This document shows positions 1-14,671 of a stretch of DNA of 64,000 bases, piece by piece. The translations under genes and the position numbers were made by a program. How positions within the stretch are numbered: the stretch's first letter is position 1; each line of letters starts with the position of its first letter. Source of the DNA: Eledone cirrhosa (lineage: Eukaryota); assembly GCA_964016885.1 (NCBI GenBank), contig OZ024742.1, positions 76,508,001 through 76,572,000 on the forward strand, in the 5' to 3' direction. The notes under the pieces are model-generated. The model was not told the DNA's origin. It searched no databases and saw only the letters and a program-made list of their open reading frames with translations.

Positions 1-140
1 GTGCGTGTGTGCGCGTGCATGTGTGTTTATCTCCTTTTATATTAAACCTGTTTCCTTTCCTTCTTCCTTTGCCAACCTCACTTTCATATAGATTATATTT
101 TTGTTTTTAAAATCCACTGTCAATAAATACACCCGGATTT

Positions 141-201
141 TTTCATTCTGATGACTTAAAGCCAAGTTTGTTTGCTTTCAAGAAACCACTGGTAAATGAA
201 A
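141..201 (+). ncRNA. Type I hammerhead ribozyme at the 3' end of a PLE pseudo-LTR remnant
   Basis: TTTCATT-CTGATGA-stem II (AAAGC/GCTTT)-GAAA-CCACTGG-TA-AATGAAA. Stem I pairs perfectly, and (TA)n begins ~30 nt downstream. Confidence 0.8.
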
Positions 202-226
202 TAATTATCTTATGTTGTTTATTGCA

Positions 227-782
<556 letters not shown>

Positions 783-1935
783 TACATATGTCTAAACATT
801 GCTAATGATGTTCCTAATCACAGGGAAAGAAGACCATCATCATCGCCATCACCACAATATCTACCAGACCTATCATCATCATCATCATTATCATGAAAAT
901 AATTAACAATATTGTGATGATATATAACATTAATACGAAACACAATAATAATACTTAACTTATTGTTTAGTAGAGATATTGTTACTAATCATAGTCGTAG
1001 GGGCAGGATCAGCCTTGACTTAGACACGAACAATGTGTCTTATGTTAGAATTAAATAGAGTGCCAACCTAGGTAAATTAAGTAGCAATTACTTTACATCA
1101 CACAAAAGCAACACATTCACACACACACACGCGCGCGCGCGCGCGCATATATAAACTTACACAAACAACATTCACATAGACACACAGACAAACCCCCATC
1201 TATATTTATATGTGTGTGTTTGTGTGTGTCTGCGTGTGTGTGTGTGGGGGGGTGTATGTGTGTCTGTATGTGTGTGTGTGTCTGTGTGTGCGTGCGTGTG
1301 TGTGTGTGTGTGTGAATATCTGCGAATATTGCGAATATCTTTTACAAATTACAGTAGTAAGAACATGTATAATATAAAATGTATGTTTCATATTAAAGTC
1401 ACCTATTTTGGGAACAGTTCACAATAAAGCTAAGGGAACAGAACTTTCATACTTAATAACTATCTTATTTTGTCTTTTGATAAGTTTCCTACATTCAATG
1501 TCATCAATAATCGTGATATTGATCTATTCTTTTGTTCAACTAATATTTGTTCTCGCTGTGGTGTCGGGGGAGATGTGAAATATCTGATTCAGGTAACTTC
1601 GATTTACCTATTGTCTGATTGTGATATCACGAACTACATACAAGGCAATGCTGCACTTATGTGCATAACAAGCACATGTTATTACCAATTCTATTCATTA
1701 ATCATATGTCACATAATCTGCATTGCAACTAAATAGCACACAGATACATAAGTGTGCATATATGTGTGTGTTTGTATGTATGTATATGTGTGTGTGTAAA
1801 CAACCACACATATATTAAAAAAATATTTTCAAGGACAACATAATTTTTTTCTTACCCTTTGCTCATCTTTTTCTTATTCCCTTTTTTCTTATTCATGTAC
1901 ACACACACGCGCACATACACACACAGCCCTCCTCC

Positions 1936-1985
<50 letters not shown>

Positions 1986-2477
1986 CGTTGGCATTGTACA
2001 CCATGTACATGATTTGGCCCCAGGTCACACAAATCATTTCACATGATGCATCTTTCATCAGATACATCACCAAACTGACCTGTAAATGCTAGCATCTCGT
2101 ACGCTGGGTCACATAGAACTTCGTAAAGAAGAACCGGTAATTACGCTGATTGCGTGAAAATACCTAGTTTTGAGCAGAATTAGTTACTGTTCAAGTCTTT
2201 TGTGTACAAACGCACCTGGGCTCAGAGAAGAAATTACAGGGCCCCAGAGATCGTTCATGTGTAAAATAACTTCCACGATAGTTCTTACTGGGATCCTTTG
2301 AAAACTTTGAATTGCATCTCTTGTGAACGAAAAGAGAATGATATACTAATATATAAGAATGGAAGAACGGCAATGTTTCAAACTTGGGCATTGAGGAGAA
2401 TTTTAAAGCATACACTCATAGTTTCTACCTACTTGAATATATACGACCTTCAGAATTCCGAACAAAATCTCTATATA

Positions 2478-2668
2478 ATTGTTTCTACTTTTGGCACAAG
2501 GCCAGAAATTATCCCAGTGTATTACTGGTACTTTATTTTATCGACCCCGTATGGATGAAAGGCAAAGTTAACCTCGGCGGGATTTGAACTCAGACCATAA
2601 AGGGCCGTAACTCGTTGCTGCAAAGCATGGCGTCCGACCCTCTACCGATACTGCCAATACACCGCCCT
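2478..2668 (-). mobile_element. tRNA-derived SINE with Meta-domain-like core
   Basis: Minus strand has A box TGGCAGTATCGG, B box GAGTTCAAATCC and core GCCTTTCATCC..GGGGTCGATAAAAT. 14-bp TSD AATCTCTATATAAT at 2466-2479 and 2669-2682. Confidence 0.9.
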
Positions 2669-3034
2669 AATCTCTATATAATGCGAAGTATTCAACTGAA
2701 TACATTGAAAATGGAAAATAAAATTGAAAAAAGAAGTAACGTTGAATGAACTCCTAACTACTAAACTGGGCCAAACCATTATTTAATGTTACATTCTAAA
2801 GAGATCAGGTGCAATAATCTCAAATATACTAGTTTCCCACCGTGAAAGTACAACAACATTGATAGTAAATAAGTTAATGCAGTGCTCCATTATTGCCAAA
2901 ATTCATCGACTGAATCCACTAAAAGAATTAAAGAATATGTATAGAGACAGGGAGAGGGAGAGACTGAATCATATATGTATATATACATATATACATACAT
3001 GCATATATATATATGCATGCATATATATATATGC

Positions 3035-3146
<112 letters not shown>

Positions 3147-3157
3147 GCATATATATA

Positions 3158-3762
3158 TAATAAATGTTCGGTGAATCCATACGTACATATATATATGTGT
3201 GCATGTATATATATATATATATATATACATACTACTGTACGTCTGTATACATATATGTATGTACGTGTACATACTTATATTTAAGTAACAGCCGTACTAA
3301 GAGTGGGAAATGAAATTTCGTTTCATTTTTTCCGTTTATCGTTTTCGGTGCACCCGGCCGATTAAACCACTCGATATGCAAATTGGGCTACTCAGCCGTT
3401 AATATGCATAAGGTAAGTATATACGTTCAACAATCTGTCAGGAAGGTATACGTTGCTGACGATAGCTAATAAGCTTGAAAATAGTACAGCGTTCCTTTGT
3501 CAGTGTTGAACAAACGAGCAACGATGGTTGCTAGACACTACGGCTTAATACGGGACGTTTGTTTACAAACACACGGAGCATTATAATAAATGTTCGGTGA
3601 ATCCATACTTACATATATATATATATGTGTGCATGTATGTATATATATATATATACTACTGTACGTCTGTATACATATATGTATGTACGTGTACATACTT
3701 ATATTAAAATAACAGCCGTACAAAGTGTAGGAAACGAAATTTCGTTTCATTTTTTCCGTTTA
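3158..3762 (+). mobile_element. Non-coding HHR-bearing element, ~1.4 tandem units of ~425 bp (retrozyme-like or solo PLE pLTR)
   Basis: Direct repeat 3158-3339 / 3583-3762, internal HHR, (TA)n flanks, diverged second copy at ~47410-47736. Confidence 0.65.
3450..3492 (+). ncRNA. Minimal type I hammerhead ribozyme
   Basis: ACGTTG-CTGACGA-T-AGCT-AATA-AGCT-T-GAAA-ATAG-TA-CAGCGT, with extended stem I pairing over ~3428-3508. Confidence 0.75.
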
Positions 3763-3775
3763 TATATATATATAT

Positions 3776-6035
3776 AAGCACAGAGATATTTAATTTGTTG
3801 GTAATTCAACAAATATATTTATAACAGATTCGAAGCAATCGACAAGTTTCTAGAATATAATATCAATGATATTAATAAAAGGAAACAATATTTATAAAAC
3901 CATATTTATTCTATTATATATATTTCAAGGGTACCAACACTTTGGTACGATCTAATCAGATAAAATACAAAATGTGTTTTATAAATACTGACATGCCCAG
4001 GAATCAGACCTTAACAGTTCAGGTTGCGTTCTATTTTTAACAGACATACTATTAAACTATCTTACTCTACTACTATGAACATAGCACAAAATATAAATAG
4101 AATTAATAATAGAAACTTAAATTTAAACTCAAACCAAACAAACCAAGATAACATTAATAATTTTTCTAATAACAATATTCATACTAATAATAATAGTACC
4201 GTTCCTAGTAATAATAACTCGCGAAAATGTAACATTAGAATTGAATCTAATTGCCCTTTACAGAATAATTACATAGATAAAAACTTAGTATACGAATGCA
4301 CAGTAAAAACTCGATACAAAATATTCAACTAAATAGGAGCCACTTCTACAAATTTCAAAGAACGCTGGTATAATCACAAACATACATTTAATAGATCCGA
4401 TAAAATTCTTCCACATCACTTTCAGATCTAATTTAGTATTTCAAGGACAATAATATAAACTATTCTGTTTCTTGGGGAACAATTTCGAAAGCACCCGCAT
4501 ACCGAAATATGGCTCTTTCAAGAATTTGTGTCATTTGTGTATCGAAGACTTTTTTTTATATACTTAACTGCCAAAATTCTATAAATTTAAGAAATAAGAT
4601 ATTCAGTTCTTGCAGGCATCACCAAAAAAGACTTTCCGAAGTATCTTTAATATATAATATTCATTTCACTTGTCCACATCTTATATGTCTTTACAATGCT
4701 TCTGGCGATGTTTAGCTGTGTTTTTTTAAATGATTTTTTCCCTTTTTCTTCTGAAATTAATATTTTTACTATGATATTCTTTTCCAAATGATACACTTCT
4801 TAATGTGATTTTTTAGATTGATATTTTTTAATTGATATTTTGAATGATATCCTCTTTTTATTGTAGTTTTCTAAATACACTCATGACGTCTCTAATAATA
4901 TTTTTTTCTTCCTTTAAAGTTTTAACACATGTATCGTCGTAGATAATATCTAAATACATATATAATTGAAATTCTCATCCTAGAAAACATGTAATATAAA
5001 ATAACTTATAATCTTGCACTACATACATTCCGCATTTTCTAAGTAAATTCTAAAATATAAGACAAATCTAACGTTAATAGTTTAACAATTGACATTGGAG
5101 TTATATTTTCCTTTATAAACAGACATTCTTTGTAACAAAGTATATATACTAAATTCTATGTAATTCCGTTAATTCATAATTTTCTGTAAATATTTTCATT
5201 CTTTGATGAAAGTATTTGAATGTACAAAATGTTCTTCTCTACTAAGACGTGAATTATGTCTCTTTCTTAACTATATATTTAAAATGTAAACTCAACATCA
5301 TTCGTAATATATATTGAAAATGTAAACAAATTAATGTGTGTGTTTTATATCTATTAAAAATAACGGAATATATAATCACCAATAATATTTATTTTACCTA
5401 TAAAGATATTTATATATTTATAACCTGGTGTAATATAATAAGATAAAGTGTACTTACAACCATAATTCTTCATATAATGATTATATATATAATTGTTTCT
5501 ACTTTTGGCACAAGGCCAGCAATAAACCAGTACATCACTGGTACTTTATGTTATCGACCCCGTAAGGATGAACGGCATTAGTTAGATTTTAAATTTCTGG
5601 ATTGATATTCTACCACTTCAACAAACTTTTAAATTTTAACGTGTTAATTTGTAAATTCTCGTACACTTTAATATAAGCTTCTCTTTCTTCTTCCTATTTA
5701 TATATCCTAATAATTATTTAAATCTATCTAGCGTCTAAAAATAACCACTTTTTCAGCCCTACGCTTCAATTTCATTTGCATATTCATCAACATAATTTGA
5801 AATATTTGTTCCTTTTTCCTCTCGTCCTCTTTTTTTCTTATTTTTTCCTCTTTCCTCTCACTATCCAAACGGAACCTGGACCGTTAAGTTCTGATTCCTG
5901 GGTATGTCACTATTTATGAAACAAATTTAGTATTTTATCTGATGAGACGTACAAAAGTTTTGGTACCTTTGAAATATATATAATAGAATAAATACGGTTT
6001 CATAAATATAGTTCCCCTTTATTAATATCATTGAT
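3776..6035 (+). mobile_element. 5'-truncated Nematis-like PLE with inverted pLTR copy (foldback)
   Basis: Decayed C-terminal GIY-YIG region 4024-4650 (IKLSYSTTMNI, CPL, LVYEC). Inverted repeat ~3862-4023 vs ~5875-6035. Partial SINE at 5491-5575. Confidence 0.85.
5931..5990 (+). ncRNA. Minimal type I HHR in PLE pLTR (mutated inverted copy at ~3908-3967, minus)
   Basis: TATTTTAT-CTGATGA-stem II (GTACAAAA/TTTGGTAC)-GAAA-TATATA-TA-ATAGAATA. The palindromic TATATA replaces stem III. Confidence 0.75.
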
Positions 6036-6926
6036 ATATATATATATATATATATATTTCGTTTCTGAATTTGTTTAGTAAGGTTCTTTATCTGAAATCG
6101 TGTGTTGAAACCGATATTGTTATACTTTGGGAGGGTCATGTTGCCAATAAGAAACACACGCACCAGTTACTTTCACTTCAATTTATTATAATAAATTTAT
6201 AATAAATTTATAAATTTATAAATTTCTGGTTGGTTGGTTGGTTCCACAACCAGATAGTTGTTTATATATTGTCATAGTCCTTTCGTCACACACTCTGTGA
6301 CATCTTCAGTGACTGGGGATTCCTTTCTTTGTTTCTGTGCCTCTCCTTTGTTCTATCCTACGCCATTTTGTTTCTGTGTGTGTGTTGTGTGCTCAGTCTG
6401 CGCATGCGCCACATCCGGGTGTCTGTGTGTGTTTATGTTCATTTATTTATTTATTTATTTACATGTTACTGGTTGGTTGTTTGTTCTATGTGTGTGTGTG
6501 TGTTTTCATTTTGTCCTTAATTGTAAGTTGTGATGTTGCTGTTCCACTCATATTTTCTATTTAATTTTGGTTGTAAATTGTTTTATGTTTATTGCCTCTG
6601 TAATTTGTCTAAACATTGCGTCTTTTCTGTGTGTAGATTCTATTTTTATTTCTATGTTCTCTAATTTACCCTTGTGTTCTATTTTAGCATGTTGGTAGAG
6701 TACAGATGATTCTTTACTATCTTGAAGGTCTGGCCAGTGTTCATTTATCCGTTCCCCTACACTACGAGCTGTCTCACCTATGTACACTATATTTTTGTCT
6801 CTACATTGTCCTTCAGTACATCTTATGCTATACACTACATTTCTAGTTTTACAGTTAATATGGGGGCTGATTTTACAGGTTATACATTTCTTATCTATAC
6901 ATGAGGGTCTTTGAAAAGGGTATGTC

Positions 6927-7743
6927 TTGGTACGGGTGATGAGAAACGTGTCCCGAATGTGCAACCCCGAAGAACTAGAGAGACACATACAACACTTCAT
7001 CCACCGTAGCCAGTTCTCTGGCTACAATCAGAGAGATAAAATCAGAGTGTATAGAGGAGCCAGAACCAAATGGGAAAAAATGGTAAATAATGACATAAAT
7101 GGGACCTGCCACTTGTATAGGAGCAAATTTTGGAATAGAATAGAAAGAACTAGGAACAAGGCTAATAGAATAAACTCATGGTATGATAGCAATAAATACC
7201 AGAGTGTAATGTTCATCGATACAACCCCTAGAGGTGAATTAGCTTACAAATTTAGAAGGGCCCTAAATAAATATAAACTCAATATTAAGATAGTAGAAAG
7301 ACCAGGTACCTCCGTAAAAACACTTATTAGTAAGACATACCCTTTTCAAAGACCCTCATGTATAGATAAGAAATGTATAACCTGTAAAATTTGCCCCCAT
7401 ATTAACTGTAAAACTAAAAATGTAGTGTATAGCATAAGATGTACTGAAGGACAATGTAGAGACAAAAATATAGTGTACAAAGGTGAGACAGCTCATAGTG
7501 TAGGGGAACTGATAAATGAACACTGGCGAGACCTTCAAGATAGTAAAGAATCATCTGTACTCTACCAACATGCTAAAATTAGAACACAAGGGTAAATTAG
7601 AGAACATAGAAATAAAAATAGAATCTACACACAGAAAAGACGCAATGTTTAGACACATTTCAGAGGCAATACACATAAAAGAATTACAACCAAAATTAAA
7701 TAGAAAATATGAGTGGAACAGCAACATCACAACTTACAATTAA
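6927..7743 (+). pseudogene. PLE RT thumb plus GIY-YIG endonuclease C-terminal fragment (frameshifted)
   Basis: ORFs 6927..7595 and 7516..7743. SGY motif, CxxxxCxxC linker and VVY...Y(I/K)GET. Confidence 0.85.
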
Positions 7744-7943
7744 GGACAAAATGGAAACACACACACACATAGAACAAACAACCAACCAGTAACATGTAAA
7801 TAAACAAATAAATAAATGAACATAAACACACACAGACACCCGGATGTGGCGCATGCGCAGACTGAGCACACAACACACACACAGAAACAAAATGGCGTAG
7901 GACAGAACAAAGGAGAGGCACAGAAACAAAGAAAGGAATCCCC

Positions 7944-7988
7944 TGTCACTGAAGATGTCACAGAGTGTGTGACGAAAGAACTATGACA
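7944..7988 (+). ncRNA. Minimal type I HHR (mirror copy ~6270-6313 minus; degenerate copies ~8314-8360 and ~61928-61971 minus)
   Basis: TGTCA-CTGAAGA-T-GTCACA-GAGTG-TGTGAC-GAAA-GAAC-TA-TGACA. Confidence 0.8.
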
Positions 7989-8140
7989 ATATATAAACAA
8001 ATATCTGGTTGTGGAACCAACCAACCAACCAACCAGAAATTTATAAATTTATAAATTTATTATAAATTTATTATAATAAATTGAAGTGAAAGCAACTGAT
8101 GCGTGTGTTTCTTATTGGCAACATGACCCTCCCAAAGTAT

Positions 8141-8172
<32 letters not shown>

Positions 8173-8180
<8 letters not shown>

Positions 8181-10088
8181 ATACTTTGGGAGGGTCATGC
8201 TGCCAATACTATCAAACGCACTTGTCGATTTTCACTTCAATTTAATATAAATTTCCGATTGGTTGGTTGGCTGGTTGGCTGGTTGGTTCGATAACCGGAT
8301 GGTTGTTTATATGTTGTCAAAGCTCTCTTTCGTCACACATTCTGTGACCTCCTCAGTGAGTAGTTTCTTATTTTATATCTCTGCTTTGTTTGTTCTATTC
8401 TACACTATCTTGATGTTGTGCGTTGTGTGCTGTGTGCTTATTTTGCACATGCGTTACATCCGTGTGTGTGTGTGTGTGCGTGTTTTTGTATTTATATATT
8501 CATCTGTTTATTTACATGCCACTAGTTGTGGTCGTTTGTTATATTTGTGTGTGTCGGATTTGTTTTGTTAGTTTGGTTTTTGTGTCTGTATGGATGTATT
8601 CATTGTGTCCTTAATTACTAGTTGTGATGTTGCTATTCTCCACATGATTTCTGTTTAATGGAGTTCGTTTATGTTTGCCGCCTCTGTCATTTATCTGACC
8701 ATTGCATCTTTTCTGTGTGTGGATATAATTTTTATCTCTATGTTCTCTAATGTGCCCCTATGTTCTATTTTGGCATGTTGGTGGAGTACTGATGAGTTTT
8801 TCCAATTCTGGATTTCTCGCAAGTGTTCACGTATCCTTTCTCCTATGCTAAGGGATGTTTCACCTATGTATTTTATGTTCTATTCCTGCACTGTCCATCA
8901 GTACATATTATGCTATATGTTACGTTCGTAGTTTTGCAGTTAGCTTGCGGGCTTAGCTTGCAGACTATGCATTTCCTATCAGCACTGCGTAATATTTGAA
9001 ATTTATATGTTTTACTAATTACGGTTCTTATGGGAATACCTGGTCTTTCAACTGTCTTAATATTTAATTTGAACATGAATAGGGCCCTTCTAAATCTCTA
9101 AGCTATTTCGCCTCTAGAGGTTGTATTGACGAACATTACACTCTGGTATTTATTGCTATCATACCACGAGTTGATTTTATTTGCCTTATTCCTAATCCTT
9201 TGTATTCTGTTCCACCATTTGCTCCTGTACATGGGACAAGTCCTATTTGCATTATTTTCTACAATCACTGCCATTTGTTTCTGGCTCCTTTATATTATAT
9301 AACTGCCTGTGGTGGATGCAGTGTTGTTTTTACTACGATATTTATGCCATCTACGTAGCGGGAGTACGTGATCACACCTGCTGTGGGGGCCAGTATGAAA
9401 CTATCCCTTAAGGAACATATGTTCAAGATTAATGGCAAAACATATGCCCAAAAGGAGGGGGCATAGTTAACGTCTTTTGGTATGTTGGGACAGAAGACTT
9501 ATAACCCTGACTATGTACTCCCGCTAGGTAGATGACATAAATATCGTAGTAAACCACCACCACCGAAGAACAGTCAGGAATTAGGGAAGAATACTACAGA
9601 AAACATCCAGCAAATAGCTAAGTCTAGCCACCAGAATATTAAAGTTACTATAGTCTACCCTTCTAAACACCCGAACCATAGATTACCCGTACTAGACACA
9701 TAACTATGGTTGAAAACTATTAGTAATAGTATGCAAATCCTACATTCCCATCATGCCAAACCCATGACCTCCAAATACGTGATCCACCGAACCTCAGCTG
9801 TTTTGGATCACATAAAAATCAACATACTGATTGCGGATTTAGTAAGAGTGAAGAGGAACGCGTCCCACTTGTGCAACCCCAAAGAATTAGAGAGACACAT
9901 ACAGCACTGTGACAATGTATAAACAACTACCCGGTTATTGAACCAACTAACCAAACTATAATGAATTGCAGTGAACCAGCATCAGGTGCGTGTGTTTTTA
10001 TTGGCATCATGACCCTCCCAAATTATAACAATATCTGTTTCAACGCATGTTTTCAGATAAGATGTCTTGCAAAACAAATTCAATACAA
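8173..10088. mobile_element. Older, deleted foldback copy of the same Hydra-like PLE family
   Basis: Minus-strand pLTR and GIY-YIG at 8173-9330. Plus-strand RT pieces at 9335-9910 (homologous to 62730-63280) and a tailed terminus to 10088. Confidence 0.8.
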
Positions 10089-10400
10089 TATATATATATA
10101 TATATAATTTATTTTCATATACGCTACAAAAGTGCTAAGTACGGTTGTATAGCCCAATTTTTACGATATCCACAAATTGTAAGAGGATTTTAATTCGTGA
10201 GCTAGTCTTCAGACGTATAGATGATTATGAAGATATGGGTTAAAATAGAGTTTCTTAAACAATTCATTATGAAAACGTATTATAACAAAGCATAATAACT
10301 CAAAGATGTAAATCTGAAATGGCAAATTAAGTGTACTCGTGTTAGGTGTGGGTAATATAGCAAATATATGTTTTTACGTGGTAGTTTGTAATATTAAAAT

Positions 10401-10557
10401 AATTGTTTCTAATTTTGGCAGTTTATTTTATCGACCCCGTAAGGATGAAAAGCAAAGTTAACCTCGGCGGGATTTGAACTCAGACCATAAACGGCCGTAG
10501 CTCTTTGCTGCAAAGCATGGCGTCCGACCCTCTACCGATACTGCCCCTCCACCGCCC
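10401..10557 (-). mobile_element. tRNA-derived SINE with an internal 3' deletion
   Basis: Near-identical to 2478-2668, with A and B boxes on the minus strand. Confidence 0.9.
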
Positions 10558-13500
10558 TTGTCTAACATAAAAATAATATCTATTATGGTATGGAATAGAG
10601 TAGTATAGAAGTCGTACCGTATTATGTAAGTGTAGAAAAAAAAAAGATATTACAGAAGTATATAAATCAATATCAATGTTATTGAAAATTAGCTACTATG
10701 GTTAGATATATCTGACTATAAACATGAATTAGACTATCTCAGTACTGTATGCCTGTTGATGTGTTTGTTTTTGTGTGTACATGTGTATGTGTATGGGTCT
10801 ATGTGTGTGCTTCTTTCTGTGTGTATGAATGCATATGCCTATATGTAGATAGTAACGGATCTTTCTGATATTCTGCAAGAAAAATATCAATTAGAAAGTA
10901 TATCTATGGAGACACCTGGGCAACATAGAGAGTAGATTCTGTGTTAAAGTTATTTCTAGACAAACGTTATAAATAACTAATCGTATATGCTTACCTCATC
11001 CCTTCATGGTGCATATATATAGAGAGATTAGGTAGAATCGAAGTCAGTGTTGCAGTATATGTACACACTTTATTGGCATATTACAATTGTTTTGATATCT
11101 ATCAACTCAATATACAACCAAAATGAAGTGGAGCAACTCATTTTCTAAATCTCGACAGATATACGAGTTTATATGTACAAATACACATATATGCCATTGA
11201 CGGAGGGCCCGGGGTCTTTTTATATACACTTAGTAATGGGTATTTAGGGAATGGGGATAGGTAAATAGATAACTGCTGGTTTGTATTCAAATGTAAACCT
11301 ACGGTTATTTATACAACTAATCCCTCTAAATAGTTCGCATATCCAACACATTAATATCTCAAAACGTGTCCTTCCATGAAAGCATAAAGTAATGTTGTCA
11401 GGAAATGATAAGTATTTAGGAAGAAGAAATCATGGATCATTTAAATAATAAACCAAATGAATTAAGAAGATATCTGCATGGACGCTTCAGATGCTGCTAT
11501 CTGAGACATTTGAAATTAAATGGGAGTATACGCTGTTTCAACTAAAGTATGTAGTACGATTACCGCAAGAAAGTAAACAAATCCAAGAAAAGGAACATGC
11601 TAGTCAAGTGAACGTGGAACATCAATACGTGAATGAAATTAATGTGGCACTTTATAGTTTCATTGAACACAGCTCTGTTTTTAAAATAGAATTTATCTGG
11701 GAATTTTAATAAGAAATTATTCAGATGTCTATGGCTTAATAATTCTTAAAAAATGACTTGCAAAATCGTAATCTCATATAGAATCAATTTTCATAATTGT
11801 AACGAAATAAAACAAAAAATTATCCGAATATTGAAATAAAATGTTACAGGGCTTCCGAAAGTATAGATAGAATGCCTGTCAAAAGATAATGCAGTTATTT
11901 TAATCATTAAATCATACAAATAAATATAATTGTGAATTATAAAAAAAGTGAATAATGAGATTTTCATAGAAACATTTCCAACGGATTACTCCCACAAAAT
12001 TTCAATACAATGTAAAATTATATTTAGGTCGATTAAAAGGGATAACCAGCCTGAAAAAGAGACGATCTCAAATGACATTGGGAATAACGTATGGGAAAAC
12101 ATTACCACAACGCAAACATTTAATTTGAGAAGCTAAATCGGAATGAAATAAACACACACGAATCACAAATTTATCATGTTACTTCAAGTAAGAAAAAAAG
12201 AAAAGTTAAATGAAGACAGGTCAAAACACTGCGACAGTACAACACATATGATGGAAAAAGTGAAATATATATATCGACATCGAATCTCATATTATCAATA
12301 TTATTAAGACGAAAAGCAATCTGAAGTATTATATATACAGCTTAATGATTATTAACATCCATAAATAATGTCTTATATTTCTCAAATACAGTTACTTTGA
12401 GTTCGATAATTCACATAAATGTGATTTAGATTTAAAGCAACGAACAAAAAGTCTACCATTAATTATCTTTCTAAAAGTCTCTCTGATAATTAATTCCATG
12501 ATGCATGCAATGTGAATCGATAACAGTCACGCATTAGGAAGTATATATAACAAACCCTAGGTATAATATTTGAATGGAATTTTAAAAATAGATCAAGTCA
12601 AATCAAGTTCAAATATATTTAAAAGAGACTAAGAGACTAATGAAACTTCTAATTTAAATTAGACAGATTCATGTAAAATAAAACGCTTCTTCTGGTATTC
12701 AAAATGAGCATTCAATCATAATTAAAGTTCACCTTTTGCTAGTATATTAGAATATGCACTACCATTGATGATGAGAGTAGAATATTATTATTCACAAAAA
12801 TAATCTTAAATAAGGCACTGAAATAACGAGAAACAAAATACTATCACATGTCCATTGTTGATATCTAATGAGGTTAAATAGTCATCATAGAAATTTAACA
12901 ATTATAATCTGGATACATAACTTATGACATAGGATAGAGAATGAACCATGGGCAGCAGCATATCACCTGCATATTGTCACTGTAGTGAGATAATGAATAC
13001 TGTGGCGAGAAATAGAATACATATAATGTTTTCCTGAATTCTAGAAAGAATTCTTGAAACGATAGAATCCATACATTTAATCTATACTTTCATTTGTATA
13101 TTGCTTGAAATCGATATTGTTTTGGGGATATTGATATAAATACAATGAAACATTAACACAAACCTACAGGAAGTTAAGTAATAATTGTGTTATCTAATCT
13201 TACATTTATTTTAAACCAATCTAGATTCAAACAGTCTTACATGAAAAAGATCAACCTTATTTTGTAAACTGATATTGTAAGATGCTGACGAAGAACAGCT
13301 GACGATAGTTCCGACTGAATTCTCAAAGAATTGCCAAGAGACATATGCCATTTCGTTTAGAAATTTATCCAAATGCAACCATGAGGAACACACTTTAATT
13401 AAATGCACTAATGCCACATTCAATATAGAAATATTGCTGTGAAAATGAGACAGTCAGATATATACAAATATATTGGAAGAGATTTAGTACAACACACGAA

Positions 13501-14633
13501 TAGAACGAAATGACAAGAAAACGTATAATAGAACTAATAAATCAATATTCCAACCAGAACTAAATACAAAACAGTCATAGTATGATATGCATTAACATAT
13601 TGCCATAGTAATAAGCTATTGTTGTAATATTTGCGACAGAAATTAGCAATATTAGATACAAAATTAAAGAAAAGACAGAAGAAATGCATGTGAAATATAT
13701 TATAATTCTAATTTAATTCCGTCAATAAAATAAAATTCTATATAGCATTTCATGTAGGATTATAAATGAAAGAGTATTGGAATGTTCATACAAATATCCA
13801 TATAAGAAGCACTCGCCTCTCTTCAAAACACCACCAAATATATAATATCTACCGAAGAAACATATATTTGGAGTGGAGGTGCATATGTACGGGAGACTTG
13901 ACACTATAACATCTAAGACATTATATAACACATTCTCCCAATAAAATAATAAATCGTATAATCTGAGATATCACATATTACACACTATCAAACATCCACA
14001 ACAAGTGTGCCCGAAGCATGGAAACTGGGAACATTAATATGAAAAACAGATGTAGCACACATAGATAACTTTGTTTATTTTCCACAGGGACGTACAAAAA
14101 GGAACATTACAATACGTGACGGCGGGGGTTTTACATAAAAATAACTTTCACATTAATAAATAACAATAAACTATATATAATAAAATACATAGATAGTCCT
14201 CCACACAGGAACAGAATAACATAAAGAGGTAGAAATGGAACTGTGAAAGTGAAACATTCATGATATTCGTTATGATAAAATTGAAAATTAAGTAGATAAA
14301 CACCATACTATCACATGTAACACTGACTTACCCATCGTTTCTCTGTACAGATGTGTGACGAAAGATATTTGATAGACTATATATATATACATATATATTT
14401 ATAACTGTATTTTTAACCGTTGGTCAATCATTGATTGCCAAATAAATTACTTATGGAGATTTAAAAGATACAGAAGCGCAAACAACCCAAACCAAACAGT
14501 GAGTGTGTTCTGTTGTTATTTCTGGCAATATTATAACAACATGACAGCATATCAATGCATGAAGAACCGTGGAAATAATTATAATGATTAAACGATTTAT
14601 GTAACATCAGCATTTTATTTTGTTATATGTATA

Positions 14634-14671
<38 letters not shown>

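Larger units (their letters stand above)
6058..8148. mobile_element. Foldback PLE insertion (Hydra-like family by inference): arms ~6114-6929 and ~7331-8148
   Basis: GIY-YIG domain on both strands (NCKTRNVVYSIRC..YIGETARSVGERINEH..EAI..P.LNRK.E), ~815-bp inverted repeat, ~55-nt tail on the left only. Confidence 0.9.

Noticed and set aside
2010-2075. Minus-strand CTGATGA..GAAA motif, or a possible exon or DDE fragment
   Set aside because: Stems I and II do not pair convincingly and no protein is recognisable.
2560-2668. tRNA gene
   Set aside because: A and B boxes belong to a multicopy SINE head with TSDs, and no cloverleaf is evident.
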